Of a stretch of DNA of 64,000 nucleotides, positions 1 through 8,821 are shown one piece after another. Origin of the DNA: Coriobacteriaceae bacterium (GTDB lineage: Bacteria > Actinomycetota > Coriobacteriia > Anaerosomatales > SLCP01); assembly GCA_003563465.1 (NCBI GenBank), contig PWVH01000050.1, positions 753 through 64,752 of the forward strand. Reading direction: 5' to 3'. The notes under the pieces are model-generated. The model made no database searches, was not told the DNA's origin, and saw only the letters and a program-made list of their open reading frames with translations. Position 1 is the first letter of the stretch; each line of letters begins with the position of its first letter. The position numbers and the translations under genes were made by a program.

Positions 1-390
1 GCCTTTCTCTACCAAAGACGAGATTACGGCCTCGCTGTTCACGCCTCGTACTGCATTGACTCCCGCGCGAGTCACCGGTTGGTGATAGGCGATCACCGCA
101 AGAGCCTCCAACGCAGCTTGGGAGAGACGGCGCGTGTCCCAGGAAAGCACGTGTTCTTCGATTTGGTCGTGGCATGCTGGATGGGTGTACATACGCCATC
201 CACCGGCTATCTCACGGAGTTGGAACCCCCGTTCCTGGTCAAGGTACTCCTTGGCAAGGGAACTGAGCACGTGTTCCACCTCAGCCGTATCGGCATGTAG
301 CACCTTGGCTAACCGCGCCGCAGACACCGGCTCATCGGAAACGAACAGCAGCGCCTCGATCGAGGTCCTAAGATTCAGCTCGACACCCAT
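1..390 (-). CDS. scpB: Segregation and condensation protein B (ScpB), 3' end outside window
   Basis: The minus-strand frame is open to the window edge, with ATG at 390..388. Hand translation MGVELNLRTSIEALLFVSDEPVSAARLAKVL...VIAYHQPVTRAGVNAVRGVNSEAVISSLVEKG looks like the ScpB winged-helix N-terminus. It lies directly downstream of scpA. Confidence 0.8.
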   Translation of the reverse strand, partial: MGVELNLRTSIEALLFVSDEPVSAARLAKVLHADTAEVEHVLSSLAKEYLDQERGFQLREIAGGWRMYTHPACHDQIEEHVLSWDTRRLSQAALEALAVIAYHQPVTRAGVNAVRGVNSEAVISSLVEKG

Positions 391-403
391 CTCAAGATTC
401 CTC

Positions 404-1177
404 TCAGTCCTTTCTGGTGAGAACCAGGATATCGTCGAAGATCCGGTCCTGACGCAGGTCGACCATACCGTCCTTGTAAAGCTCCAGTACCGCAAGGAAG
501 GTCACGACGACGAACTCTGGAGTGGGGTCGTCACCGATCAGCTCCCGGAACTGTGCGCTGCCCTTTCGTCTCAACGTTTCAGACACGCTCTCGGTGTGCG
601 TTTCCAAGCTGATAGGAGCCGCGGCGACGTGCTCCGCCTGCAGTAGAAAGACTTCGCGGCGGTAAACCAGGTCCGCACAGATCACCGCGAGTCCTCGAAG
701 AGTCAGTCCCTCCAGGTAGTCAGGCATCAGCCCCACGAAAGGCTCTTCCAACCCGGCTTGACGCGGATGCATGCGCGTGACCGAATCCATACGTGCGGAG
801 AGTTCTGCGGCCACATTCTTGAACTGCTTGTACGTGAGCAGGCGAGCCATGAGCAGCTCGCGTGCTTCCTCGGGCGAAAGATCATCAATCTCATCTCCGA
901 GGTAGACCTCTTCCGCAGGAAGAAGGCCGGCAGCTTTGATCTCTAGCAACGTAGCCGCAACGAGCAGGAAATCGCTTGCCACCTCGAGATCGAGCTCATG
1001 CATCCGGTCGACGTGCTCGAGATACTGAGTGGTCACGTCCGTGATAGAGATGGCGTTCACGTCCATCTTCTGACGGGCGACCAGGTGCAGAAGAAGGTCG
1101 AAGGGCCCTTCGAACGCGTCAATCTTGACACGGTAAGCCAGCGGGAATCCCCTACCCGTCTTCGTCGATGCGGACAA
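404..1177 (-). CDS. scpA: Segregation and condensation protein A (ScpA kleisin)
   Basis: 257-aa ORF. The motif VKIDAFEGPFDLLLHLV...ISITDVTTQYLEHV is typical of the ScpA N-terminus, and the gene precedes scpB. Confidence 0.9.
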   Translation of the reverse strand: MSASTKTGRGFPLAYRVKIDAFEGPFDLLLHLVARQKMDVNAISITDVTTQYLEHVDRMHELDLEVASDFLLVAATLLEIKAAGLLPAEEVYLGDEIDDLSPEEARELLMARLLTYKQFKNVAAELSARMDSVTRMHPRQAGLEEPFVGLMPDYLEGLTLRGLAVICADLVYRREVFLLQAEHVAAAPISLETHTESVSETLRRKGSAQFRELIGDDPTPEFVVVTFLAVLELYKDGMVDLRQDRIFDDILVLTRKD

Positions 1178-2153
1178 GACGACGGCAAGCTTGTATCACT
1201 TCCGAGGTGACCGGGTGAGCTTTTGCCGCTCCGGACTCGAGAACGTGCCATGCGAATCCGGGTTTGGCTGCAAGTGCAGCCCTGCGGTCGCGAAAGTCCG
1301 AGAGGTAATCGATGAGATCGGTGGCCATCTTCTTCTTGTGATCGACGCACCCGCACTCGGCTGCTCTGCAACACTGGTCCCACCAGGCGAGATCATCTGC
1401 GTCGGGGCTGACGAGCTTGTGTATCTGATGCAGCGGACAGATGTCGGGATCGCCCGGGTCGCTTTTCAGTTTGCGTGCAGGGTCCGTGATCATGCCGCGG
1501 ACTTTGGCGCTTATCTCCTCAGGCGTGTCCGAGATGAAGATCGCGTTGCCATAAGACTTGCTCATCTTGCGTCCGTCGGTACCCGGAACGCGAGCTCCGA
1601 GCTTGGCGATCAGAGCCGCTGGTTCGACCAGGTAATCGCCGAAGGTGTTGTTGAAGCGGCGCACGACTTCGCGTGTCAACTCGAGATGGGGCAGCTGGTC
1701 CTCCCCTACTGGCACGACATCGGCCAGGACGATAGTGATGTCGGCAGCCTGCAGCAGCGGATACATGAAGAAGCCTAGATTCCCAAGATCCTTGTCCGTC
1801 ACCTGCTCCCGCTGCTCCTTGTACGAGGGAACCCTCTCAAGCCAGGGAAGAGGTGTGACCATTGAGAAGTAGAGGGTAAGTTCGGCTACCTCTGGAACAT
1901 CGGACTGCCGGTAGATCGTGCAACGCTCGGGATCCAGTCCTGCAGCGCACCAGTCCAGCACCATATCTTCAGTGTACTCACGAATCCTGGACGTGTCCGC
2001 CCAATCGCTGGTCAGAGCATGCCAATCTGCGATGAAGTAGAACGCATCGTACTCGTCTTGCATCGTGAGCATGTTCTGTAGGTTGCCGAACCAATGCCCG
2101 AGATGAAGCTTGCCCGTGGGACGGTATCCCGTCAGCGCGCGCTTACGTGTCAT
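1152..2153 (-). CDS. trpS: Tryptophan--tRNA ligase (class I), with a C-terminal Cys cluster
   Basis: 333 aa. It carries a HIGH-like GKLHLGH and the KMSKS motif (GRKMSKSYGN). TrpRS-like GYRPTG and YPLLQAADI are also present. Confidence 0.95.
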   Translation of the reverse strand: MTRKRALTGYRPTGKLHLGHWFGNLQNMLTMQDEYDAFYFIADWHALTSDWADTSRIREYTEDMVLDWCAAGLDPERCTIYRQSDVPEVAELTLYFSMVTPLPWLERVPSYKEQREQVTDKDLGNLGFFMYPLLQAADITIVLADVVPVGEDQLPHLELTREVVRRFNNTFGDYLVEPAALIAKLGARVPGTDGRKMSKSYGNAIFISDTPEEISAKVRGMITDPARKLKSDPGDPDICPLHQIHKLVSPDADDLAWWDQCCRAAECGCVDHKKKMATDLIDYLSDFRDRRAALAAKPGFAWHVLESGAAKAHPVTSEVIQACRRLVRIDEDG

Positions 2154-2260
2154 ACGGATTCCTGGTCCTTACCGTGAGTCGGAGTGGCCTTGGATAACGT
2201 GGTTCGGATTGTAGCGCAAGGACTCGGCAGATGAGGCGGGGCGTGCACGACGGGGCAGAC

Positions 2261-2890
2261 TCACCCTAGGCCAGCGAGCAAAAACATCAAAGGAAAAGCG
2301 GTCCGAGAGATGTACCAGCTCAAAGGATTGAAGCCAAGGAAGCTAGGAACCAGCCATACCACCGCAAGAATGATCACGAATCCATACCGCTCGATCTGGT
2401 CATAGATGGCCATGCCTCGATCGGATAGGAACAGCGGCAAGACACGAGAGCCGTCGAGTGGTGGCAACGGTATCAGGTTGAAAAACATCAGTACCAGGTT
2501 CAGCAAACCGAACAGCAGAAGGACGTCCCTGATGATTCCCTGTGCCATCATCCTGAATGCAAGCCCACAGATCACCGCAAGCACCAGATTCGAGGCCGGT
2601 CCCGCGATTCCGGTCAAGAACATGCCCTGACGATAGTTCTTGAACCGGTATGGGTTGATGGGCACGGGTTTAGCGTAACCGAACCCGAATCCTAAGATGG
2701 CGACAAGGAGCAGCGGGAGAAGAATCGTGCCCCATGGGTCGATATGCTGCACCGGGTTGAGGCTGAGTCGCCCCTTGTCCCTGGCCGTCGTATCCCCCAG
2801 TGCCAGTGCGGCCCAACCGTGAGCTACCTCGTGAATCACTATGGCCGGCACAAGTAGGCCGAAACGTAGGGCGATATCGAGAGGGTCCAA
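2261..2890 (-). CDS. Site-2 protease family (peptidase M50) membrane metalloprotease
   Basis: 209 aa and polytopic hydrophobic. It has the HExxH motif HEVAHGWAA and a downstream PLPPLDGSRV (LDG motif). Confidence 0.8.
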   Translation of the reverse strand: MDPLDIALRFGLLVPAIVIHEVAHGWAALALGDTTARDKGRLSLNPVQHIDPWGTILLPLLLVAILGFGFGYAKPVPINPYRFKNYRQGMFLTGIAGPASNLVLAVICGLAFRMMAQGIIRDVLLLFGLLNLVLMFFNLIPLPPLDGSRVLPLFLSDRGMAIYDQIERYGFVIILAVVWLVPSFLGFNPLSWYISRTAFPLMFLLAGLG

Positions 2891-2904
2891 ACTCGCACCA
2901 GATC

Positions 2905-5553
2905 CTAGCGGCCCGCTTCAGGGCCATCGGGTTTCATCCCAGCACGGACGGCAAGTCGCCGAAGGTTTGCCAACTCCGCCTCTCGGCCGACCACTCGCCC
3001 GTCTAACCGAGCATCGAGCGCCTGCGCGAGTATAGCTGAGAACGCTGCCGAAGGTTCAAGCCCCATGGCGATCAGATCCTCACCACTGACCGATGGCTTG
3101 ACCCGCGAGAGCACACGAACGAAGCGATCGACTCGCTTACGGCTGAGTTCGTCACCGACAGCCCAAAGGTATATGAGCGCTTCGGCGGGAACGGGCTCCA
3201 GCAACCGGTACAGGCGGGAATCCCTCATCTTGCGCCTGTCTTTGAGCCGCCTGCTCAGATGGCCTGCTCTCTCTGCCAGCTCCAGCGCGGGCTCGGAGTA
3301 CTCTCTCCCGAAACGCATCCACTTCAGCCACTTGTCTGCAGCCGAACGCCCTACGTCTGCAAGGAGGGGGGCCACGAGTGATACCCGGCGACGCGGGGTG
3401 CGCGTGAACGCATCGGCCAGTGTCCTGTACGCTCGCTCCGCACCGAAGAGCGATTCGATCACCCCGTGCGCGTCCGCTTCTTCGGGAAGTATCAGGCCGA
3501 GGACTCCGAGCTCCGCAAGACGCTCGAAGACAGCTGACGGAGCATCCTCGTCGATTATGTCGAGCATTTCCTCGCGAATTCTTGCGCCACTCACTTCGTC
3601 GAGCATTCCCATCTCCACAGCGCGGTGTGCCAGCTCCTCGGTCGCTCCATCCATGGAGAACCCGAACCTCAGCTCGAAACGAGCGGCGCGCAACACCCGG
3701 GTGGGGTCTTCGACGAAGGAAAGCGAGTGCAACACTCGCAAAACGCCACGTTCCAAGTCCCGAAGGCCTCCGAACGGGTCTGCTATGGCTCCGAACGATT
3801 CCGGATTGACACTTGCAGCCATCGCGTTCACGGTAAAGTCTCTCCGAAAGAGATCCTGTCGCAACGAGGAGCGTTCCACGGTCGGAAGTGCGCCTGGACG
3901 CGTGTAGTATTCCGTTCGAGCGCTGGTTATGTCCACGTGCAGTTCCTTCGAAAGCACGATCACTGCGGTTCCGAAACGCCGATGCACCTTCACGCGGGCG
4001 CCGAGGGGACCCGCGATCTGTTGAGCGAACTCGACACCGTCGCCCTCGATCACGATATCTATGTCGAGGTTGCGACGTCCGAGAAGCATGTCCCGCACGA
4101 AGCCGCCAACGGTATGTGCGCGCAGGCCATGTTCCTCGGCGAAGCGACCTATCTCGCGTAGTGCGTCATTGGCTTCGCCGGGCAGAAGTGACTCAACCGA
4201 CGCAAGGAAGCGCTTCGTCGAACGAGCGCGAGCTTTCGGCAGACGCCGGTCGAGGTATTCGTCGCCGTGTTCGGCGCGCAGGAGATCCTTCCGGCTGACG
4301 ATCCCGACGAGCTGGGCGTCCTCGATCACGGGAAGTCGTCCGATGCCGCGTGTAGCGAGCAGTCGCTCAACCGTTCCTAAATCGGTGTCCGGCTCGATAG
4401 TGACGACGTCTCGAGACATGAAACCACGAACTGGCGCGTGCGAAAGGCGATGTCGGGCAGCTTTGTCCACATCACGACGGGTCACGAGGCCGACTATGCG
4501 CTCGTCGTCGAGTACGGGAAGTCCTCCGTGTCCCCACTTCGACATCAGCTCGCCGGCCTCGGCCATGGTTTGATTCGGGTCGATCGTGTGGACGGGAGCG
4601 GATGCGATGTCCCGGGCGCGAAGTGGCGGACGGACCACAGCCTCGAGGGCTTCTCTGATGCGCCCCAGTACGCCGTCGACGTCGGTGCCGCGAAAGGCAG
4701 CCGAGGCAGCTTGCGCGTGCCCTCCCCCGCCTATTCGACTCATGACTTCGCCAACATCGAGCTCCTGCATGCGACTGCGGGCTACCACCTGCAGGCGATC
4801 CGGCATCCCCACGACGGCGATCGCAGCTCTATATCCCATGTCCTCTACGATGTAGTGTGTGAGCACGCTGGCCGAGTCCACGTATTCGTCAGCCTGCGCA
4901 ACACCTATCGCGACCTCCTGTCCATGGATATCCCAGACCTCCAAAGAGCCGACTAGGTCGTCGAGGAGACGCCGCTGTTCGCTATCCAGAGTACGTGCAA
5001 GGAACTGGTTGAGAACTTCCATGTCGGCGCCTGCAGCCATCAGGTAGGCAACCGCCTCGGCATCGTAGGCGGTCGATCCGGGATAGGTGAGCGAACCGGT
5101 GTCCTCGTGAATGCCGAGAAGAAGAAGGGAGGCCTCTAGCGGTGCAAGAGCGATTCCTTGGCGATGGATCTCGTGAACAAGTATCGATGTTGTGGCGCCG
5201 ACCTCCAGCGATCGGTCATCTATCCCGGTGAGGTCGCCCTCAGCGGGCGGATGATGATCGTAGACGATCACGTCGACATCTGACCTTTGGGTCACGGCCC
5301 CCAGCTCGCCTATGCGTCCCGGGTCGCGAGTGTCCACAATGATCAGCCGCGTGATGGCCTCCAGGTCAAGTCCACGCAAGTCGACAAAGTCCAGGAAGTC
5401 CTCGTGTAAGTTGTGAAAGGCCCTCACGTTACTGTTCTGGGTGCCTAAGAACACCCCTTTCGCACCGGGAAAGAGCTTGGTAGCAGCCACCGTGGCGGCG
5501 TACGCATCGAAGTCAGGGTTTGCATGGCCGACTACGACATCCACTACCATCAC
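2905..5553 (-). CDS. DHH/DHHA1 phosphoesterase - tandem CBS - tRNA nucleotidyltransferase/poly(A) polymerase family fusion (CCA-adding-like)
   Basis: 882 aa. The N-terminus has NPDFDAYAA, VYDHHPP (DHH) and GGGHAQAASA (DHHA1). Two CBS-like repeats follow. The C-terminal part has GGFVRDMLLGRRNLDIDIV (GGxVRD...DxD nucleotidyltransferase head) and RRDFTVNAMA. Confidence 0.85.
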   Translation of the reverse strand: MMVVDVVVGHANPDFDAYAATVAATKLFPGAKGVFLGTQNSNVRAFHNLHEDFLDFVDLRGLDLEAITRLIIVDTRDPGRIGELGAVTQRSDVDVIVYDHHPPAEGDLTGIDDRSLEVGATTSILVHEIHRQGIALAPLEASLLLLGIHEDTGSLTYPGSTAYDAEAVAYLMAAGADMEVLNQFLARTLDSEQRRLLDDLVGSLEVWDIHGQEVAIGVAQADEYVDSASVLTHYIVEDMGYRAAIAVVGMPDRLQVVARSRMQELDVGEVMSRIGGGGHAQAASAAFRGTDVDGVLGRIREALEAVVRPPLRARDIASAPVHTIDPNQTMAEAGELMSKWGHGGLPVLDDERIVGLVTRRDVDKAARHRLSHAPVRGFMSRDVVTIEPDTDLGTVERLLATRGIGRLPVIEDAQLVGIVSRKDLLRAEHGDEYLDRRLPKARARSTKRFLASVESLLPGEANDALREIGRFAEEHGLRAHTVGGFVRDMLLGRRNLDIDIVIEGDGVEFAQQIAGPLGARVKVHRRFGTAVIVLSKELHVDITSARTEYYTRPGALPTVERSSLRQDLFRRDFTVNAMAASVNPESFGAIADPFGGLRDLERGVLRVLHSLSFVEDPTRVLRAARFELRFGFSMDGATEELAHRAVEMGMLDEVSGARIREEMLDIIDEDAPSAVFERLAELGVLGLILPEEADAHGVIESLFGAERAYRTLADAFTRTPRRRVSLVAPLLADVGRSAADKWLKWMRFGREYSEPALELAERAGHLSRRLKDRRKMRDSRLYRLLEPVPAEALIYLWAVGDELSRKRVDRFVRVLSRVKPSVSGEDLIAMGLEPSAAFSAILAQALDARLDGRVVGREAELANLRRLAVRAGMKPDGPEAGR

Positions 5554-6851
5554 ACCTCGTAGAAGAGCGGCGGAGGTTCCACTCGAGCCTTGCCTATGGA
5601 CACGGACGAACGCAAGCGCTCCTCGCCGGCGGCCAGAAGGCTTTCGCTACTAGAGTAAGCCGTGGCCACAATATCGCCGAGGGCAAGCTCGTCGCCGATG
5701 CGTACATGAAGGACAAGACCGGCTCCAGGATCTACGGTGTCATCCTTGGTTGCACGACCAGCGCCGAGAAGCATAGCAGCCCTTCCGATGCCCTCGGCAT
5801 CCATAGCTGTTACGTAGCCCTTCTCGCTGGTCAACACCTCGCGCGAGTATGTGGCTCGAGGCAGCAGAGAGGGATTCTCGGCGACCTTAGGATCGCCACC
5901 CTGTGCCATCACCCATCGTTCGAATCGCTCAAGAGCTGCACCAGTCGAGATCGCCCGCTCGGCAATGTGGAGCCCATCGTCTTCGTCCGAGACGACTTCA
6001 CCCAGGACCAGCATCTTCGCGGAGATACCCAGACAGAAATCCGATAACATCTTGGATCCCTCGCCTTGCAGCGCACGTATAGCCTCGGCAACCTCTAGCG
6101 CGTTGCCGACGGCCATGCCGAGAGGTTGGTTCATGTCACTCGTGACGCAACTGACTCTCTTACCCAAGACATCTCCGACCCTTACGAGCTCGGAGGCGAG
6201 GTGGCGAGCCTGGTCATGCGTCTTCATGAAGGCCCCGGTGCCGGCTTTCACGTCCAATAGAATCGCGTCAGCCCCTCCAGCTATCTTCTTGCTCATTATC
6301 GAGCCGACGATGAGCGGCACGCTGGGCACCGTGGCAGTGGAATCACGCAGGGCGTAGAGCTTCTTGTCGGCAGGGTCGATGTCGGGCGACTGAGCTATCA
6401 CTGCGATGCCGATATCCTTCACCTGTTGGACGAAGCGCGCCGCGGGCAACTCTACCTGCATTCCAGGGATTGCTTCGAGCTTGTCGAGCGTCCCACCGGT
6501 GTGGCCAAGACCGCGGCCGCTCATCTTGGCGACAGCAACGCCGCACGAAGCGACGAGCGGGGCGACGATCAGGGTAGTTGTGTCTGCGACCCCGCCAGTC
6601 GAATGCTTGTCAAGCTTGACTCCCGATATTCCCGAAAGGTCGATCACGCGTCCCGATCGCACCATCGCATCCGTCAGCCATACGGTCTCGTCCGGCCCGA
6701 GACCTTTCAGGTATGCAGCCATAAGCCAAGCGGCCATCTGGTAGTCGGGCATCTCGCCTTCTGTGTAGCCAAGTACCAACCGATCGATGTCCTCAGCGCT
6801 ATGGCTCCCACCGTCACGCTTTGTCTCTATGAGTTCCTCGAAGGTCTTCAT
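5550..6851 (-). CDS. pdp: Pyrimidine-nucleoside (thymidine) phosphorylase
   Basis: 433 aa. MAAWLMAAYLKGL, DKHSTGGVADTTTL and SGRGLGHTGGTLDKLE are hallmark motifs. There are 4-nt overlaps with both neighbours. Confidence 0.92.
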   Translation of the reverse strand: MKTFEELIETKRDGGSHSAEDIDRLVLGYTEGEMPDYQMAAWLMAAYLKGLGPDETVWLTDAMVRSGRVIDLSGISGVKLDKHSTGGVADTTTLIVAPLVASCGVAVAKMSGRGLGHTGGTLDKLEAIPGMQVELPAARFVQQVKDIGIAVIAQSPDIDPADKKLYALRDSTATVPSVPLIVGSIMSKKIAGGADAILLDVKAGTGAFMKTHDQARHLASELVRVGDVLGKRVSCVTSDMNQPLGMAVGNALEVAEAIRALQGEGSKMLSDFCLGISAKMLVLGEVVSDEDDGLHIAERAISTGAALERFERWVMAQGGDPKVAENPSLLPRATYSREVLTSEKGYVTAMDAEGIGRAAMLLGAGRATKDDTVDPGAGLVLHVRIGDELALGDIVATAYSSSESLLAAGEERLRSSVSIGKARVEPPPLFYEV

Positions 6852-8044
6852 GCACTCACTACCTCGGCGAGAAAGGATGTTCCTCGCCCACAGCGGCCTG
6901 CGATGCCGTAGAAGTCGAGAACGGTTTCTCCAATGTCCGCGAAAGTCTCGCGCGTACCCAAGTCAACGCCTCTGTCGACGCCCTTAGAGTATGCGAGGAG
7001 AGGGGTGTACTCGCGGGAGTGGTCTGTTGAGGGTGTCGTCGGATCGCAACCATGGTCGGCAGTGATCACGAGTAGATCACCTTCGATCATGACGTCGAGC
7101 AGCTCCGGAATTCGGGAGTCCACCGCTTCTAGCCCTCGCGCATAACCTTCTGCGTCGTTACGGTGCCCCCATATCATGTCGAAGTCCACGAGGTTGCAGA
7201 AGACGAATCCCGACTCCTCGCTGGCAACACGCTCCACGAGCTTCGAAAACCCATCCATGTTGTCCGTGACATGTGGAGATTCACACACATTCTGCCAGGC
7301 GAAGATCTCACCTATCTTGCCTACTCCATACGTAAGAATCCCAGCCTCGGCAAGACGATCCAGCACGGTCGGCTCGAAAGGTGCCACGGCGAAATCGCGA
7401 CGGCGATGGGTGCGAACGTAGCGGCCATCCGAATCCGGGCCCACGAACGGCCTGGCGATCACCCTGGCCACTGCGTGATCCCCATGCAAGATCTCACGAA
7501 CGGCAGCGCAGATCTCGTAGAGGCGCTCTACCGGAACAACCCTCTCGTGAGTGGCAATTTGAAAGACGCTGTCGGCGCTCGTGTATACGATGGGCTTGCC
7601 GGTGGAGACATGCTCGTCTCCGAGTTCCTGAATGATCTCGGTACCGCTGGCCGGACGATTCCCGAGCCACCCCAGCCCCGTCACGCGCTTGAATTCGGAC
7701 ATGACGTCTTCAGGGAAGCCGTGCGGGTATGTGGGAAACGGGCGATTGAGATGCAGACCCATCATCTCCCAATGACCAGTGGTCGTGTCCTTGCCTGGAG
7801 AGGCCTCGTGGTTCCGGCCCCAAGAAGCTTTCGGCTTTGACACCGGTCCTACACCGAGGATATCGATGATGCTACCCAGTCCCATGGCTTGAAGATTCGG
7901 TAGGGAAAGTCCTCCGACCGCCAAGGCCGTATTGGCGATAGTGTTACTGCCTTCATCACCGTAAGCAGCTGCATCGGGCATCTGGCCGACTCCGACACTG
8001 TCGAGCACGAGCACGATCGCACGCGGCTCGCGATCCAACCTCAC
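6848..8044 (-). CDS. deoB: Phosphopentomutase
   Basis: The ORF is open to 8182, but homology begins at ...RAIVLVLDSVGVG. The GTG at 8044 is preceded by a G-run and lies after the upstream stop at 8106, so the start is uncertain (8044 to 8182). Also present are ADHGCDPT and VFCNLVDFD. Confidence 0.88.
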   Translation of the reverse strand: MRLDREPRAIVLVLDSVGVGQMPDAAAYGDEGSNTIANTALAVGGLSLPNLQAMGLGSIIDILGVGPVSKPKASWGRNHEASPGKDTTTGHWEMMGLHLNRPFPTYPHGFPEDVMSEFKRVTGLGWLGNRPASGTEIIQELGDEHVSTGKPIVYTSADSVFQIATHERVVPVERLYEICAAVREILHGDHAVARVIARPFVGPDSDGRYVRTHRRRDFAVAPFEPTVLDRLAEAGILTYGVGKIGEIFAWQNVCESPHVTDNMDGFSKLVERVASEESGFVFCNLVDFDMIWGHRNDAEGYARGLEAVDSRIPELLDVMIEGDLLVITADHGCDPTTPSTDHSREYTPLLAYSKGVDRGVDLGTRETFADIGETVLDFYGIAGRCGRGTSFLAEVVSA

Positions 8045-8105
8045 ATCACCCCCCGAGCCAGTTCGTGTAGGCTCGTCAGACCTGATCTCTGATCGTCGCG
8101 CATGA

Positions 8106-8393
8106 CTAGGCCCTAGACCTCGCCACGCTGAGAGCCCACTCGAAGAGCAGGAGAAGGACCACTGTGACAGCAGCGTCGACATCGAACACGCCGCCGTAAG
8201 GTGTCCTTACAACCGGAAGTCCGAAGGGAGGCACGAGCAAGTCGGTCACGCGTATGAGTGCGTCGCCGAACGTTGTAGCGGCAATGGCTCCAAAGAACTC
8301 CACTACCAAGCGACCCGTGACTGCTATCGCAACCACAAAGAGAACGTTCATCACGATCGTCAAAAGGAGACGTAGCGAACTCGAGCCGCTCAT
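8106..8393 (-). CDS. Small hypothetical membrane protein (2 predicted TM helices)
   Basis: The ORF is open to 8459. The ATG at 8393 has a GGAG about 7 nt upstream. Hydrophobic stretches LRLLLTIVMNVLFVVAIAV and AAVTVVLLLLFEWAL are present. No family was recognised. Confidence 0.5.
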   Translation of the reverse strand: MSGSSSLRLLLTIVMNVLFVVAIAVTGRLVVEFFGAIAATTFGDALIRVTDLLVPPFGLPVVRTPYGGVFDVDAAVTVVLLLLFEWALSVARSRA

Positions 8394-8472
8394 GATGAAC
8401 TCCGTTCTCTTGTTCGGTTCTTGAGACGGATTATGGGGCGAAGAAGAGATGAGCGCCACCGTGCGGCCGTGG

Positions 8473-8727
8473 CTAGCGCAGGGAATCAGAGATGATTCGT
8501 CCTATCATCATCTGGGCGACCTCATGTGAAGTCGGTGGGGCGACCGCCAGCCTGGCCCTTGCCGCCTCGACACGCTCCTGACGGCACTCGGGCATGCTGT
8601 CGAGGGTCTGCCGGACGCGGTCGATCAGCTCAGCGGACACTTCACAAGGACCTTTGTTTTGGCACAAGGTGTTGTCGTACTGCAGGAAACGCAAGGCGAT
8701 GCGGACCTGCTCTTCTGAGATCATCAT
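8473..8727 (-). CDS. Small hypothetical protein with a weakly FlgM/anti-sigma-like C-terminus
   Basis: 84 aa with GC-rich third codon positions. The C-terminal RVEAARARLAVAPPTSHEVAQMMIGRII loosely follows the FlgM C-terminal pattern. There is no SD; TATCTT lies 7 nt upstream of the ATG, so the mRNA may be leaderless. Confidence 0.45.
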   Translation of the reverse strand: MMISEEQVRIALRFLQYDNTLCQNKGPCEVSAELIDRVRQTLDSMPECRQERVEAARARLAVAPPTSHEVAQMMIGRIISDSLR

Positions 8728-8821
8728 GTTGTGGAAGATATCGGCGGGATTCGCAACGCACTTGACACTTCACAGCCGATCGCGGCATGGCACTCTCTCA
8801 AGACATCGCCTGCGCGAAGGA

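Noticed and set aside
2154-2260. Possible T-box leader upstream of trpS
   Set aside because: Only 107 nt are available. I could not find the T-box sequence (AATTAGGGTGGTACCGCG-like) or a specifier/terminator architecture. Only a weak TACAAT box (2208..2213, minus strand) is present.
8045-8182. 46-codon N-terminal extension of deoB
   Set aside because: It overlaps the upstream small ORF, and the sequence is unlike DeoB, which normally begins just before the ...IVLVLDS.G.G motif. The start remains uncertain.
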